The notes below the pieces were generated by a model. It was given only the letters and a program-made list of their open reading frames with translations, ran no database searches and was not told the DNA's origin. A DNA stretch of 59,540 nucleotides from Paraspadella gotoi. Taxonomy: Eukaryota; Animalia; Chaetognatha. The stretch lies in NCBI GenBank assembly GCA_051294375.1, contig JBJCIZ010000523.1, positions 1 through 59,540 of the forward strand. The letters run 5' to 3'. Positions 12,601-27,384 of the stretch are shown here, piece after piece. A program made the position numbers and the translations under genes. Position 1 is the stretch's first letter, and every line of letters starts with the position of its first letter.

Positions 12601-15600
12601 TGATTAAAAATTCCTAAATTATAAGCAACCCATCCGAGGCTATTGAGGATTTTGGAAGACCGATGTTTGTGTTTTTATGAGAGTACTCTTGTGTCTAAAT
12701 TAAATTAAAGAAGGCGGCGCTTACGGATCTTGAGCGGGACGGTTAAATTTTATACTACAGTATTTTGTAAGTATGTCATTCTTCTTTAGATTGAAAGGCG
12801 CTTTCAGGAAGAATAATAATATTAATATTTATTTTATCAAATTTCCTTTCAGAAAACCTTACTAAAAAGTAAGAGAAAAAAATTGAATCTAAAAAAGTGG
12901 AGTTGGAAAATAAACCCCCGATTTTACAGAGCCCAATTTCTCCCTCATTGTCAAAGGCATATCTTAACTGATCAATTATAAAATTTGAAACACATAAATG
13001 AATTTAAATGGTGTTTACTTCACTATTTTTAAAAATCAATGAAGCGCATAAATCCTTTCGTTTTCGTTCAGTGTTATTAGATATAGAGAGAAATGGGCAG
13101 TTTCTTGAAATGTCGTTGTACGTATCCGTTTCAAGTTATGTATGTGAAATACGGACATGTTGCGGCTCAAGAATGACTCGACGCTGATGTCCGAGCTGAT
13201 GAAGGCTCGAAGAATTTGTGAAGCCGGGCATCACATGTCCGTATTCAAATAAATCCGTTGTACCACATTCTAAAACTTACTGACATTGTCTGCACGTATA
13301 AACGAATCAATGAAATAATCCTGCGGTCTGTTGAAATAGCGATAGCCAGCACGATATTTCTACAGCGGCCTACTAGGTAAAGATTGTCACAATGTAGAAA
13401 GTGATAAACAATTAAAAACACGGAAACGACTTTTGTCATTGTAAAATAAAGGAATGAATGTTAAAAATCTCCGGAAAACGACTTTCCAATGTAAAAACGT
13501 TAACACTATGGTAAACGACTTTCCAATTTAACAAAAGATAAAAACGTTGAAAACACCGACCAACAATTGTTTTCATGTAAAAAAAAAAAACGTCAAAAAG
13601 AAACTTTGGCAATACGACCTTTTTCCAATATAAAAGAAATAAACGGTTGAAAACGCGTTCAAACAGACCTCTTTCTAATGTAAAAAGAGGATAAACGTAG
13701 ACATTAAAAAACACCCGTTATCAATTGTTCCATGTAAAGATGAGATAAATACGTTAAAATCGACCTGACAGGGGAATCCGACTTTTTTATTTTAAAAAAG
13801 GAATAAAAAAAAAGTTTAAAAAGCCACGAGAAAGCGACTTATTATCCATGTTGTAAAAGAAATAAAAAGTTAAATAGACACCGATAAACAGAGGACTGTT
13901 TCAATGTAAAGAAGTGAATAAAAGAGTTAAATATATGGGCGGCAGAGGACTTATTGTAGGACGTCTGGTACGCCTATCACGATCTGTAACAGGGAATTAG
14001 AAAACTGGGTTAATATCAGCCGGTAAACCCACTGTCCGGGTGTCCAATGTTAATAAATTTTCGGGGAATACAACGATACTGAAGGTTAACGGTGAAGGCG
14101 CTGTAGCAGGACGTCGAGCACCCTACAAGAAGATACATATCCTAGTGGTCGCCGACGCACGCTTCAGATTCGCGACGGTCCTTGTGCACTACCAGAGCGG
14201 TTAGGGATGGCCCGATTTCGTATAAACGGTCAGAAGGAGTACAACCAAATTTTTTAAAATATTTCCCTTGTTTCCTATGTAAAAGTTAAAACGTTAAAAT
14301 CACACCGCGTAAAAAACGACTTCTTCTTCTCCGGTTTTCCTTTTCCTATGTAAAAAGAGGGGATGAAGGATGAACACGTGAATTAAATAATGAACACCGA
14401 AAACAAGCAGGTAAGGAACAGTTATTGTTTTCAAATGTAAAAAAGATAAACACGTCTAGAAAACACCGGTAAACAATAAATCATGGTTCATGTAGCAGGC
14501 TACCGGAGCGACATAGTTATCAGAAAGGAATGGAATTATACTATTTATGTAAAAACGGAGTTTGCGATAGCGCGCATCAGTCATCAAGGTTGTTTCAAAA
14601 CTTGGGTGAAGGACAGTTATTAATTTTATTTATGTCTCCTTCTCTCTCCTCTTTGTCTCTTTAATATTATATAGCTTCGAGAGTCCTCTCACTCCTCAAT
14701 AGTAAAAAACGTTAAATACACCAGAAAACGACTTTTTTCTCCTGTAAAAAGATATGACTTTAAAAATACGATCAAGAACGATTTTTTTTCCAATGTAAAA
14801 AAAAATAAAAACTTAAAAAAAAAGGCAAACGTTTTTTCCAATGTAAAAAGAGTTAAAAAACATACCGATAAAACGACTTTATCTAAAGATAAAAAGTAAT
14901 AAAAAGTAAGGATGTAGAGTAATACAGAGAAACGAATGTCAATAAGTGAGTTCCGGAGCCATCCGTAATGGCCGAGGCAAGGACGATAGTTCAAAAGTAA
15001 CACCTTTAAAAAAACAAAGGAAAACGCTTGCTTTTTCTCCAATCGAGCTTCTAGAGACCCAAGAGCTAAAAGCAATATATATCTAAAGATACGTGTTTCA
15101 GCTCCTCTAGCACTAGGGAACTCTCACTCTCTCAATGCGAGAGCAAGAGCACATGTACTCTCGATCAGTTCGAGCATCATCGGGTTTGATCGAGCACGGT
15201 GTACGTAGAGAATCTGGAGGGACGACAGCTGAGCACATATGTGCATGGTGGAATGTTATCGTTTCTAATAGGTTTGCGTGTGTGTAGTACCAGGGGAAGA
15301 TGCGAGACGTGCATCTATGTAATCGAAACGTTCATAGTGCTATATGAGGTTGGTTGCAGATGATCATCTGCATGTGGAGAAAGGTTCGCTATCTCCGGCT
15401 GTCATATATTGCGATTGTATTACTGGGCCAATTACCGTACGACGGATTCATTGATAGTCCGTTCTCTTCACCTCAGTTTCCATTCCTTGTTAATTAAGTT
15501 AAGCATGTGGCTTTCTCTTACAGAGCCCTACTCATTTGGAGATAAAAACGGTAAAGTAACATAGGTGAGATTGGTTGCGCACCGACGCATTACAGACATG

Positions 15601-15699
15601 CGATTCGTGTACTTTGTAATCAATTAGTAAGAGATAGAAATAAGCAAACCAGTTGAAAAACTGTGGCATAAACGATTTCCCAGCGACAATTGACCCATT

Positions 15700-18600
15700 T
15701 AAGTGCGGACGCTCTGATAGCTTATCTAATGGCAGATCGACTCTATTATCACTTGATAGTGTCGGTCCGTTCGGTCCGCCCCACTCATCACGTGGATAAT
15801 TGTCGGACTCGGATCACATAGCCAGCGGGACAGGATTTTCAGGTGTACGGTCATACGAACGCCAGGCTGAGATGCGTACATGCTACAGTGTGACGGCATA
15901 CGCATATGCGTGACGCAGCTCAGTGAGAGGTGCCCAGAGGTTCGTGGGTATACTGGCCGATCATCTTATGATTAATTATGAGGCAGGGCAAAAACACGAT
16001 GTCCGTCGTATTTAATATTAAGCTTGTGGAATTCCGTTCTGCCTGTTCCGTCGTTCCTCGTCCGTCCGTCGTCCGCTGCCCGACGTCGCAGGTTGATGAA
16101 AGTTAATGAAACTCCAGATTACTATAGAGGGTGGAATTAGGGCACGATGGATGCGCGATTAGTATCGGTTGAAGCTGATGGGCTAGATTTGCCAGATCTC
16201 GACAAGCTAAGAACTCCGTGTTGTCGTGGTGTGAGATGGGGTAGCCTAACTGTGTGATTGAGATGGCAGACACTTCGAGCGTGAAGTTTTCGAGGGGGAA
16301 TGCGTGCGAGTGGAGATTGGTGTTTAGAATGGAAAGATAAATATATATATTTCTAGAACTCACTATCTGTAGAGGACGGCCAAGCTCATTGAGTGGATGG
16401 GCAATTGACTTTAAAATTTTTGGATCATGATGGTAGGAAACGTGTGTGTGATTGAGCTGGTATAAGTTTCGATGGAATCGTGCGGTGGAAATGAGTTAAA
16501 TGGAAAAAATCAAAAGTCTGATTTACTAGTGAAGTATTTTTACTTAAATTTTACTCATAATTATTATGGTTTATTAAAAATTGGATAGATAATCGAAATT
16601 GAATTTTGTGTGTGGGTAGGAAGTATGTGATAAAGCTGGATATAAATTCTTTTTTGATGGAATCGTAGGAGTGGAAGAGTTCAATTAGAAACCAAAAAGA
16701 CACATTTATTTGATTTTTTTTAAAGTTTTCTCTCTCTCTATCTCTCTCTGATTGGATTTGAATGCTTGATTGATTGATTTGATTGATTGGCTTGATGTTA
16801 CCAAATATGCCAATTGAACAAAATTGCCAGTTGACAATCTTAAAGTTGGACCAAATTAATGCAGTTGACCCAAATTCTGCAAGTTGATCAAGTTCTGCAA
16901 GTTGACTCAAATTATCGCCTGTTGACAAATATGCCAGTTGACCAAATTAGAGCCAGTTTGAATAAAATTATGCCAGTTGACGAAATTATGCCGGTTGACC
17001 AAATTATCTTAATTGATAAATTATGTCAGTTGGACCAAATTATGTCAGTAGACCAAATTAATGTCAGTTTACCAATTTATGTCAGTTGACCAATTATGCA
17101 AGTTGATTAAATTATGGCAAGTTGACCACGTTAGCTTATTTACCACTTAATTATGCGATTGACCTTGGAATTTTGTAATGTGAGTGAAAAGTGTGTGATT
17201 GAACCCGAAACCAGTTTCCGATGGAATTATGATTATGCATTCTTCATTTCGCTTTTATATTAAATGTATATGCAGGATGTATTAATAAATCCAAATAATT
17301 AATCAGTTAAATTAATCAATTAGTCACTTATTATCAATTAATTAATTAATCAGATCAATCAATGCCGTCCATGCCGTCACCTTAGTAAAAAGCTCCATAC
17401 TCGTGATTGGCTGGTTGGAATTTGAATGAAAATTTTGTGTGTGGGTAAGAAAGCTGGATTAAGTATTCGAACGGAATCGTGTAGTGGAAATGAGTTTATG
17501 GAAACACTAAAGTCGCATTATACTAAAATTTTAACTTATTTCACTATAAGGATCTAAATTAATCACTAATTGGGATGGAATGATTGAAGTATCAAATTTT
17601 TTTGTGTGGTAGTAAAATGTGTACGACGCTTGTATAAGTTTCGGTGGAAACGTACATGGATGAGTTTAATGAAAAAATATGATCATTTAACTTGAATATT
17701 TTACTTATTTTAACCATCAATAGATTGAGATGAAATTTTGTGACGCGGGGTTAGAAAGTGTGTGAAGAAGCTAGATATAAAGTTGTTTTGACGGGATTGG
17801 TGCCAGCTGGAATGAGTTTAAAAATGATAAAAACATAAGTGTAGTGTAGTATTTCATACCTACTCGTTCAGAGAACTCAAGCAGCACCTATGAGCGCGGA
17901 GGTGACGAGCTTTCCTCCCAACCCAAAGAATCTGTTTCGCCCCCTGATTCACACAAGTAAAAGCGGGCGGGCGCGTCTAACCACCTGTAGTGTTGGACTA
18001 CAGCGATCCGAAGTTCGGGACTTGTGTGGAAAACGGAGTAAAACTGCTCGCGGCAATCGTCTTTCCACTAAGTCAATTTTGATCTTTATTATTTATGATT
18101 TACTGAAGATAAACGTTTTAATTAAAGTATTAATTTAATTAATTAATCTAAATTATGTAATTAATCTATTTAATTATTAAATTAATGTTAATGGATACAA
18201 TTTAAAAAAATTATCAAGTTGAAAAATGATGGCAAGTTAAAAAAATCCTTAAAAGCAATAGGATCGAGCCATTAATATAAAAATGCGATGATAACCAAAA
18301 TATTAAAACGCGAATGAATAACCAAGGTAATGTGATGAGATGATATCAAAATGACTGCTGTGATGATAATCAAATGATTGCTGCGATGATAGTCTTCATT
18401 GGATATGATAGATAATCATTCATGATAGAGAGAAAGAGAGAGAGGGACGGAGGGAGAACGGAGGGAGAGAGGAGAGAGCTGAACCGTTTTTAAAACCGAT
18501 TCAGCACAAGGCAGCGCCTGATCAAATATATAGGGTTAGGGTTAGGGTTAGGGTTAGAAAGAAAATGAATCCAGACTTTTTTCAAAAGAACGATCACCAT

Positions 18601-21600
18601 GAGATCGTACAGAGAGAGACGAGAACGCACCAAGAGTAAATTGAGAAGACTGAGAAGAGAACTGAGAGAGACCTGAGACTCGTTTGAATTTAAAAAGAAA
18701 CACCGAATTTCTTTTCCCAATTATATATATAATTTATATTTATACACGTTACGTTTCCGTCTCGCCATCAAAAAGCGTTTTTTTAGGTCATGTTCCTTGA
18801 CATTGTTTATTTGTTGCCCTCTGCAACGGCAACGAAATCAGGTAAGTAAGTTATTTCTTCACTTTTCTCAAAAATTCCACGAAAATCTGAGATTCAATTT
18901 GGAATTTTTGGGTATTTGAAAAAAAAGCGCGGAATAAATGGCGATAATAAAAGTTTTAGAAGGAAAAAATAATCAGAATTTTTCAAAAAACGAACGATCA
19001 CGCAAGAGATCGTAAGAGAGAAAAAGAGACAAAAGAGAGAGAGAGAGAGAGAGAAGAGAAAGAGAGAGAAAGGAGACAAAGCTGGACAGCTGCTGGAAGG
19101 CCGCTGTAAGTCACCTTTTGAGAGACAGAAAGACAGACCACAAATCTCACGAAAATCTCAGATATAAATTTGGGATTTTGGTATTGAAAAAAAAGCGACG
19201 GAATAATGGCGATAATAAGTTTTTAAGAAGGAAATTGTTTTTTCAAAAGAACCGATCACCGCGAGATCGTCAGAGGAAAGAGACAGAAAGAGAGGAGAGA
19301 GAGAGAAAGAGAGACAAAGCTGGACAGCTAGACTGGAAGGACCGCTGTTTACAGTCATAGCAGAACCTGAACTCGTCTTTTTAAAAATTTTTTTTTTTTT
19401 TTTTTTTTTTATTAACTACCACAAACAGCTATTACAATATATAGTGAATAGTGTTAAAGACTGATATATAGTATTGAAAAAAAAATAAAAGATATATATA
19501 TTATTATAGAAATAGAAAAGGCAAAAAATATGTTACACATTGCTCTTACAATTGGAATTTTTCCAAATTCTCTTCCCGAGAATCGCCAGCTTATGGTAAA
19601 TATATTTATTTTTATTTGTATTGAATAGCTTAGCTTCCTCCATTTACAAGTTATTTTGATTCCATTTTATTTAAATTAAAAAATTTTTGGGAATTTCATC
19701 TTTCAATATTTAATACTGCATATGTAAATTAGATTAAAGCTTTCGTATATACTATTCTGGATATTAATAACATGAGTACTATCATCTCATTTGCAATATT
19801 GGCAGCTAAAATCATAAAGAAGTGGAATTCAACTAAAAATACTTGAATTCAAATGAATATGAAATTTCAGAGCTAATTTTCAATATGAGAAGCCATAATT
19901 AATTTTTAACTTACTATGATCGCACACTTTTATATAACTATCATTGTAATTTAAATAATTTTTATTTAAAAACGGTAGTTCTCAGCCACCTATAAAGCGT
20001 AGTAAGTTTATATAAAAATGGCGTGACGCGACCGACGCAGACGCGAGCCACGACGACGCACGACGACGATTACGTCACAAAGAGCAATGCTAAACATTAT
20101 AGAGGCCTGAACCGGCTTCGACCGGTCATGGCTTCCGATAAAAAAATCCTACAAAGAGTAAGGATCGTCGCATTGCAAAGAGAGAGAGAGGAGGAGAGAG
20201 AGAGAGAGCGAGAAAAATGAACTAAGGATCGTCGCGTTTGCAGAGAGAGAAAGAGAGAAAGAAGAGAGAGAGAAAATGAGCATAAGGAATCTGTCTTCAT
20301 TGCAGAGAGAGAGAGAGAGAGAGGAGAAAGAGGACAGACAGAAGTTCCGAGATAAAAATTAGCGAATAAAAAGTTGTTATTCTTACTCGCTAATAAAAAT
20401 ACTCTAAAATACTTACTAATAACATATTGATAAAATGTATTTTTTCTGATAACATTGTTTAATCACAATGCAATATTCTAGTAGGCGGGCTCATGACCTT
20501 TTTATAATTTAGTCTTCTCTACAAAATTTCTTTTTCTTGCTAACTAAAATCGGATTTTCAAGGTCAACTTTTGAATTAGTTATTGGGCTTGTTGGAACTT
20601 GTAAGCTTTTAATATTTATTATTAATAGACAAATGACAAAAAAAATTTTTTATGTTGATTTTTTAAGAACGGGTTCTTGTAGAGCTTAAAAAAGTTAAAT
20701 GAAAGTTAGTACTTTAATTTTTTGCCAAATTTGACATAAATTGGGTTAAAAATAGAAAAACCTTAAAAAAATGTTCATCATCATAATCATTATTGGGCTG
20801 AATTTATTTTTTTTTTAATTTTTATTAATAAACAAAAAAATTTTAAAAAGTTGTATTAATAACCTTAGTATCCTATAACTTTTAAAGCTACTATCAGAAT
20901 CTATAAAAAAATTGATAAAGCAAGAATTTTAAAAATTAATTTTCATTTTCATATTATTTAAATATCGCTTAACCCATTAATTTTATTTGAGAGAACTTCT
21001 AGTTTCCAACCTGTTCCGAGCTTAATATATAGTAAGGGCGGGCCATAAATTGAAACTTTTATACTTCTAGTTCTTTTAAATTTTTTTTATTCTTTTACTA
21101 ACTAAATAGATTTTCAAGTAACTTTTTGAAATTAGTTCATTGGGGTTGTTGCACTGAGCTTTTAAAATATTTAATAATATATAATAATTATATAGTTTTG
21201 AAACGGAAGTGTGCAAGTGGAAATGAGTTTTTAGATTGGAAAAAACTAAGTCAATCTTAACTTGATTTTTAATTATTAATGATTTACTAATAATGTAATA
21301 TATAATTTATTATTAATTAATTAATTTATGTGCAAAATATAGAAGTTAAAAAATTTAAAGCATAAGATCATGCATTGCACTAAAAGAGAGAGAGAAGAGA
21401 GAGAGAAGAGTGAGAGAGAGAGAGAGATAGAGACCATAAATAAAATAGGATAATTTGTTTGTTTTGATAAATGTAAACAAAATATTTAATAACTGGTCCT
21501 ACCCAATTTTAAGAGAATCGATGATGATAAGTTAAATATAATTTAAAATTAATTATTAATCTTTAAAAAATTAATTAATTATTAATATATCGATTATTTT

Positions 21601-21654
21601 TAAATTAATTAATTATCACGTAGGATCCGACATTGTTTGCATCAAACTTGGTTT
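15700..21654 (+). mobile_element. Second, longer HINE-like element (5' end garbled)
   Basis: Degenerate 5' motif GCAGATCGACTCTA...TGTCGGTCCGTTCGGTCCGCCC at ~15730-15782, the same internal repeats, and a 3' end CGTAGGATCCGACATTGTTTGC..AAACTTG at 21619-21650 (clean reverse copy at 41198-41235). Confidence 0.55.
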
Positions 21655-21831
21655 AATTTAAATGGATAAAGTTAAAAACACTAGCACGACATTTCTTATT
21701 AAAAACATTAAACGTTATCACTGGAAAAACAACTTCTTCCATCTCAGAGTAAGACGTTAACAACACCGAAAAAGCACTTTTCCCACATGTAAAAAGAATT
21801 AAAAAACGTTAAAACTTTGTCAACGATTTAC

Positions 21832-21856
21832 NNNNNNNNNNNNNNNNNNNNNNNNN
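21832..21856. other. 25-N assembly gap (same-size gaps at 30582-30606, 44964-44988, 49920-49944)
   Basis: Four gaps of exactly 25 N are seen. A fixed 25-N size is typical of placeholder gaps left by long-read gap fillers such as PBJelly (inference). Confidence 0.95.
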
Positions 21857-24800
21857 GTTTGTATTTGTATTTATTTAAAATTGTAATATGATAAACTTGC
21901 AGTGGGTCAAGCTTTTTGTTTCTAGTTAAAAATAATGAAAAATGATTCTTTTTTTTTACAGAAAAAGGTAGACAACAAACTGTTTATATTAAACTGAAAA
22001 TAAGTTTTAATTTATAATTTTACATATTTAAAATAACATTTTATTACGCTACTATATGTATTTTTTCTTTATTTTTACTTTAACTAAAAAATACATGCAA
22101 ATTTATGGAGTAAAAGAACTTTATTGGTAATCAAAATGTAATTCAGTCTTTCCTTTTTCCAAATTCGAAAGAAAAACAAAAACATTCATATGCCTTCATT
22201 AAAATTTTTAACTCCGAAAACTGTTATACTTTTAACTAGGTTTTAAACAAATCCTGTCTTAACATATTTGGATAAAATTTATAGAAACTAGTTCAAAAAG
22301 GTGCCCTATGATTAGGGCTTTAATTTGATACCTCGCCAACCATCCTATCTCTTTTCTTTCAAACGTTATGCAAAAAAATAACTTTTTTTATAATCGGAGA
22401 ACTAAGGATTTGAATTACGCAGTACAAATCTTTGTTAAATAAAAATTTCGGCAAAGCGGGAGTATCTCAATTTATCCTATTTGTATTATACCTAAATTTA
22501 AAAAAAAACTAAAGAAAATTTTTTTATCATCTAGAGACATATCAATTTCAGTTGTACCCATCATCTTACTCGTTTATGGCTTATGGTTTAAGAATTCAGA
22601 GAAACCAAGTATCTAGTCCAAATTTCAACTTTTACACTGTATTTTACTGTATAATTCTGGGCCGAATCATATTTTGCATGTATTTGTCCAGCATAACTGT
22701 CAGGAAGGGATGGCTTGTTAGTACAAATAGTCAGACAAAGTAAATTCAATGACCGATAATTTTTTTTCGTGCACATGAAATTAAGCGTGATCTGTCTCTG
22801 CGTCTTAAATGGAAAAAAACAAAAAAACCTGTTTCACTAAGCCTCTGCTTACAATCCTCGCATTCAGATAAAAAACTTGACCTCGAATGATCAAAATAGC
22901 TTAATTCAGTGATATGGTAAACAAAAACCTAAATGTTTTTTTCAATTACCAGCAAGAACAAAATTGAATGAAAATACAAAGACCCGTCCATTAGAGGCGA
23001 TAGTAAAATTTCTAAATTTTAACTTTAATTAAAATTCTAAAAAGATGAGGAACGAACAACATTAATAACCTAATGAACATTTATGTATAAAAAATTTATA
23101 ATACATTTTACAATTTACGCTAGGCCATATTTATACTAGTACTAATCCAATAATGTTAAAATTTCAAAACAGTTTTTTTAAAGATTTTTTTTGCAGATTT
23201 GGATTCGTCATATAAAAGTTGATAAAAAAGAAATATAACTCTTTTTAAAAGAATTCCTTCATTAAGTGGGGTCAAAAATTAGAAAAAACTATATTTTAAT
23301 AAGCTGAAAATGAACTTTTTATTATATTAAATATAGTTTTTGTAAATATTTTTAACCCACTTAAGGTGAAAGAATTTTTAAAAATAATTTATATTTTCTT
23401 TATCAACTTTTGACGAAGAAATTCAACATCTGCAATCAAAATTAGAAAAGCCTATTTTGAAATTTTTCGATTTTATAAGGATAGTACTATATATAAATAT
23501 AGCCTGACTGCGAAAAATTAAAAAACATAAATTATTTTTTTTAGCAAATTAATGTTCACTGATGGTATACTTGTTCATTAAATTGACCTTTTAGAATTTT
23601 CGTACATAACTTTTCACTACGCTTACCCGATGTCCATGGTGACCATCCGACTCAAATGCGGAGAACAATTTTCGCGCATAACAATAAAACCCGCACGCAA
23701 TAAAACTCACTTATCTGTCATCGTTAGGAGTTAAGACTGAGGCGTATTTAGCGAGAGAGTGTAATCTATCAATCTACTCTATCTATGGCCTATGTTTAAG
23801 AAGCTATACTATCCATAAGCTTTTTTCAAAAATTTTTTAAAGTTCTTGTGCAATTTGATTCAGCTCAACTCAGAACCCTCAGGAGGTGCTAAGAGATAAA
23901 CTGCTTTTAAAAAATTTCATATGTAATGGGTCACAATTAGAAACTTATTAAGCTGAAAATTACTTATAAAGTGAAACGAGTATTATCTGAATGTTAACCA
24001 TTAATGAAAAAAAAATTATTAAAAATTAAATTTACGCAGTAGCATATTTATTGTCTCCAATTGTTAAATTCAAACATTTTTTTTGTTTTTGAGTGTCGCA
24101 TTCCTTTAGACGAATTCAAATCTGCAATCAAATTAACGAAAAAAGCTATTTTGAAAATTTTTTTCGATTTTATAAGTAGTACTTATAATAAATCATGAAA
24201 AATTTCAAAGATAAACATAAAATTATTTTATTTTGATCAGATTATGAGTTCCCGTGAGTAAGTTGTTATAATATAACGCTTTAAATTATTCGTACATAAC
24301 TGTTAAAACTTAAAAAACCTATACTCTTGACCATATCGTAAAGGAAACATTTTCAGCTGCAAAGACATAAACGCATCTAAAACTCTTATTGCCGATCTTA
24401 TGAGAAGTTTCAAAGAGGAGCAGGCGTTTTAATTCTACGAACTATGTATCTATGTAACTGCTAATTAATAACAATCATTAACGAGAGGTATTACCTCCAT
24501 TAGTTTTTTAACACCCAAGCTCGCTCAGTAGCTGGTGTAAAATTCTAATTTCTTTATAATTCAAAGAGCGACAAATTCATCTAGAAATTGTAATAAAATT
24601 AATTTTGGTAGCCATTTTCTGTATAAATAATAAATTAAATCAGATTTTAATTTCATTTGGATCGCATTACTAGACGAGGTTAAATCCTCTCAAAATTAAA
24701 GTATTTTGATTTATAAATCTTTAAATCCCAAACATAGTCTTTTAGTGCAGAAATCCCTGGTCAAGAGTTGCATATATGATAAAATTTTTAAATTTCTTAA

Positions 24801-27193
24801 GGGGTAAAATTAAAACTATATAAGATTCAGCTTCATCTTATTCTAATTTTGACCTTAGAGGAATTCAAAGATTAATTACAACTTTACGATTGATAAAAAA
24901 ATTTAGAAATGTCATGAGTAGGTTAATACTTTGATTTCGATGACTCACTAAGTTAGAGCCTCACGTAAACCGTAGTAGGGTTAAAACAAATACAAACAGT
25001 GAGGTACATAGCTATTTTAATGTAAATAAAGTCTGTAGAATTCGATGATGATAACCATTTTTTCGTATAGTCTCATCTCTTTGTCGGGAATGCGATTTTT
25101 GTAGCAAATTTTATATTTTATTAATAGTTTGTTAGCTACATTTATTCATAAATAAATAATAAAAAATAAGCAAAGTGAAAAACTTAAAAAATTTAAATTT
25201 TTAAACCGGATTTGAATTCCTTACAAAAAGTTGATATAAGAAAGTATAATCCATTTTAAAAAATTCTTTATTAAGTAGGTTAACAAATATTTAAAAACAA
25301 TTATTTTTGTTTAATTTTTTAATGTTTGGCTTAAAGTTATTAGTTTTTCTGATTTTGACCAACTTAAATGACATAATTTTGATATAAAAATTAGATTTTC
25401 TTATATCAACTTTTTGCAAAGAATGCAATCCGCATTAAAAAAATTTTGAAATTATTATTTTTTAACTTTAACCTAATTTTTATTCATATTATAATAAATA
25501 TAGTTAGCTAACTTTTTATAAAAACATAAAATTTAGAAATAAACTTACCAAATATTTTTTATATTTATATTTTTATATTTCAAAAGCTCATATAAATTTT
25601 ATAAATATTTTAATAATTTGATTTATCATAACTTATAGATGGTTTTTGCTATTTTATAACAATTTTATATACATTAAGAACCGTCATTTCCGACACAGAA
25701 AGATAAAGTTTATACAAAAAAATGGTCATCACCATCAAATTCTACAGACTAATTACACTAAAATATCTTTGTACCTCTCTTGAATTTGTTATATTTTGTT
25801 ACTTTTTGCAACGCTCTTAACGTAGACCGAGTTTCGCGAACGCAAGCAGTTTTTCTTAAGGTTGACGGCGCATTGGTGGGATGGTCTAATCCGCTAGCTT
25901 TCTCTACACAGACCTAAATTAATGCGTCCTTAATAGACGAACGTTGGTTCCATTCTTTCTCTTCTCTTTCCCTTGAAGGCGGAATCGCCATAAGAAAATG
26001 TCAATGAGGGATGAAGGAAGCACAGCCGGCGCACTATGTCGGGGATCGCGCGGACAGAGAGAGAGAGAAGAGAATGGCCGGAACAATAGAGAAGCCTCCT
26101 CTCTAGACGCAGCTGCGGGGCGTCGCAAGGTCGGGGGGAGGGGTCAAAGGTCATCGGGGTTGAAATTGATAACCAGTTGAGTCTTTCGGGGGCCGAGAGG
26201 TTGGACATTGCGGTTTTAAATGGCTGGTTCAGCCGAAGTCCGGTGGTTAAGAATGCTCAAGGCACATAGTTTCGTGCATTGGGGAGTTTTTCTGATATTT
26301 GATACATTAAATAAAATCATTAAGTAACGTTTTCAATTTTGTGCAGTGTTATTAAAAAAACCGTTCAAGCCATTTAACTAGACACTTTCAAATTGTCCCT
26401 ATCGCCTAAAATTTTTTTGCCTAGAAAATGTAAGGAAAAAAAGTAATGTCGAGGGAAGCGGATGTGTTTTGTCAAATCTTTCCGTCGGGGGAAGTGAGTT
26501 GGCGAAAGTGACGTTGGGACTTTGTTTATTCCAACCGTTTATGTTTTTTTCTCTCTCTTTGTGAGGGGCAGGGTTGAGAAGCCCTTTCGATGGAATGTTT
26601 GCTTTTTCTAAAAACTTCCCATTTCAGGCCCTTATTATTCTTTTTTCTTTCCTGCGGTTTTTGGGCAAAAATGTTAAAATCATTTTTCTGATGTTGTACC
26701 GGTTTTGAGCTAATGGTACCCACTTCTAAAGAAAGTGAACGTCAATAATTTAAGCGGGTTTGTTTAAAAAAATATTTTTTAGGCATACAGTTTGGCAGCT
26801 TAGTTTTTATTTTCAACGCTAAGATTTTGGACAGCTTAAAAGAAAGAAAAACTTTAACTTTTCTTAATTTTCTTTTTTTCCGTTTAATTTTTATATTACT
26901 CAGTATCTAAACATTCAACAATTTTTCAAAGAAACATCTCTACATTTCTTCCCTCATTTTTTTCCTCGACTTCGTTTTTTATTTCACGCCGCGAGCTTTT
27001 CCTCCCCTTTTTTTAGTCGGATCTGCTTAAAAAGCAGATCCCGACTTTAACAACTTCACTTTGTCGGTCCGTCGGTCCGCCCCCTCAATGTTATCGGCAA
27101 CCACATATATCAATATCAGAATTCAAATTATGATAAATTATGGCAAAAAAAAACGTTGTCCGTCCATTCTGTCTGTCTGTTCTGTGTCTGTCA

Positions 27194-27228
<35 letters not shown>

Positions 27229-27384
27229 CTGTTCTGTCCGTCCGTCCTCCATCTTAGCAAAAACTCCATTACTCGTGGATTGGTGGATGGATTTGAATGA
27301 AATTTTGTGTGTGGGTAGGGAAGTGTTTGAATTAAGCGGTGAAATCAAGTTTCGACGGCATCGTCAGAGTGGAAATGAGTTTAA

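Larger units (their letters stand above)
1516..20130 (+). repeat. Copy A of an ~18.5-kb duplicated block
   Basis: Colinear with 22878-41182 from TGACCTCGAATGATCAAAATAGC to CCGGTCATG. The part after ~7500 is indel-rich, like raw read sequence. Confidence 0.93.

Noticed and set aside
14689-15075. 128-aa ORF (and 35983-36174, 35356-35616, 16103-16363) suggesting horizontally acquired genes
   Set aside because: No recognisable domain, and they lie in segments that look like error-laden reads of local repeats.
18531-18557. True telomere or chromosome-fusion site
   Set aside because: Only ~4.5 units, internal, and the reverse copy at 44246 belongs to the inverted duplicate.
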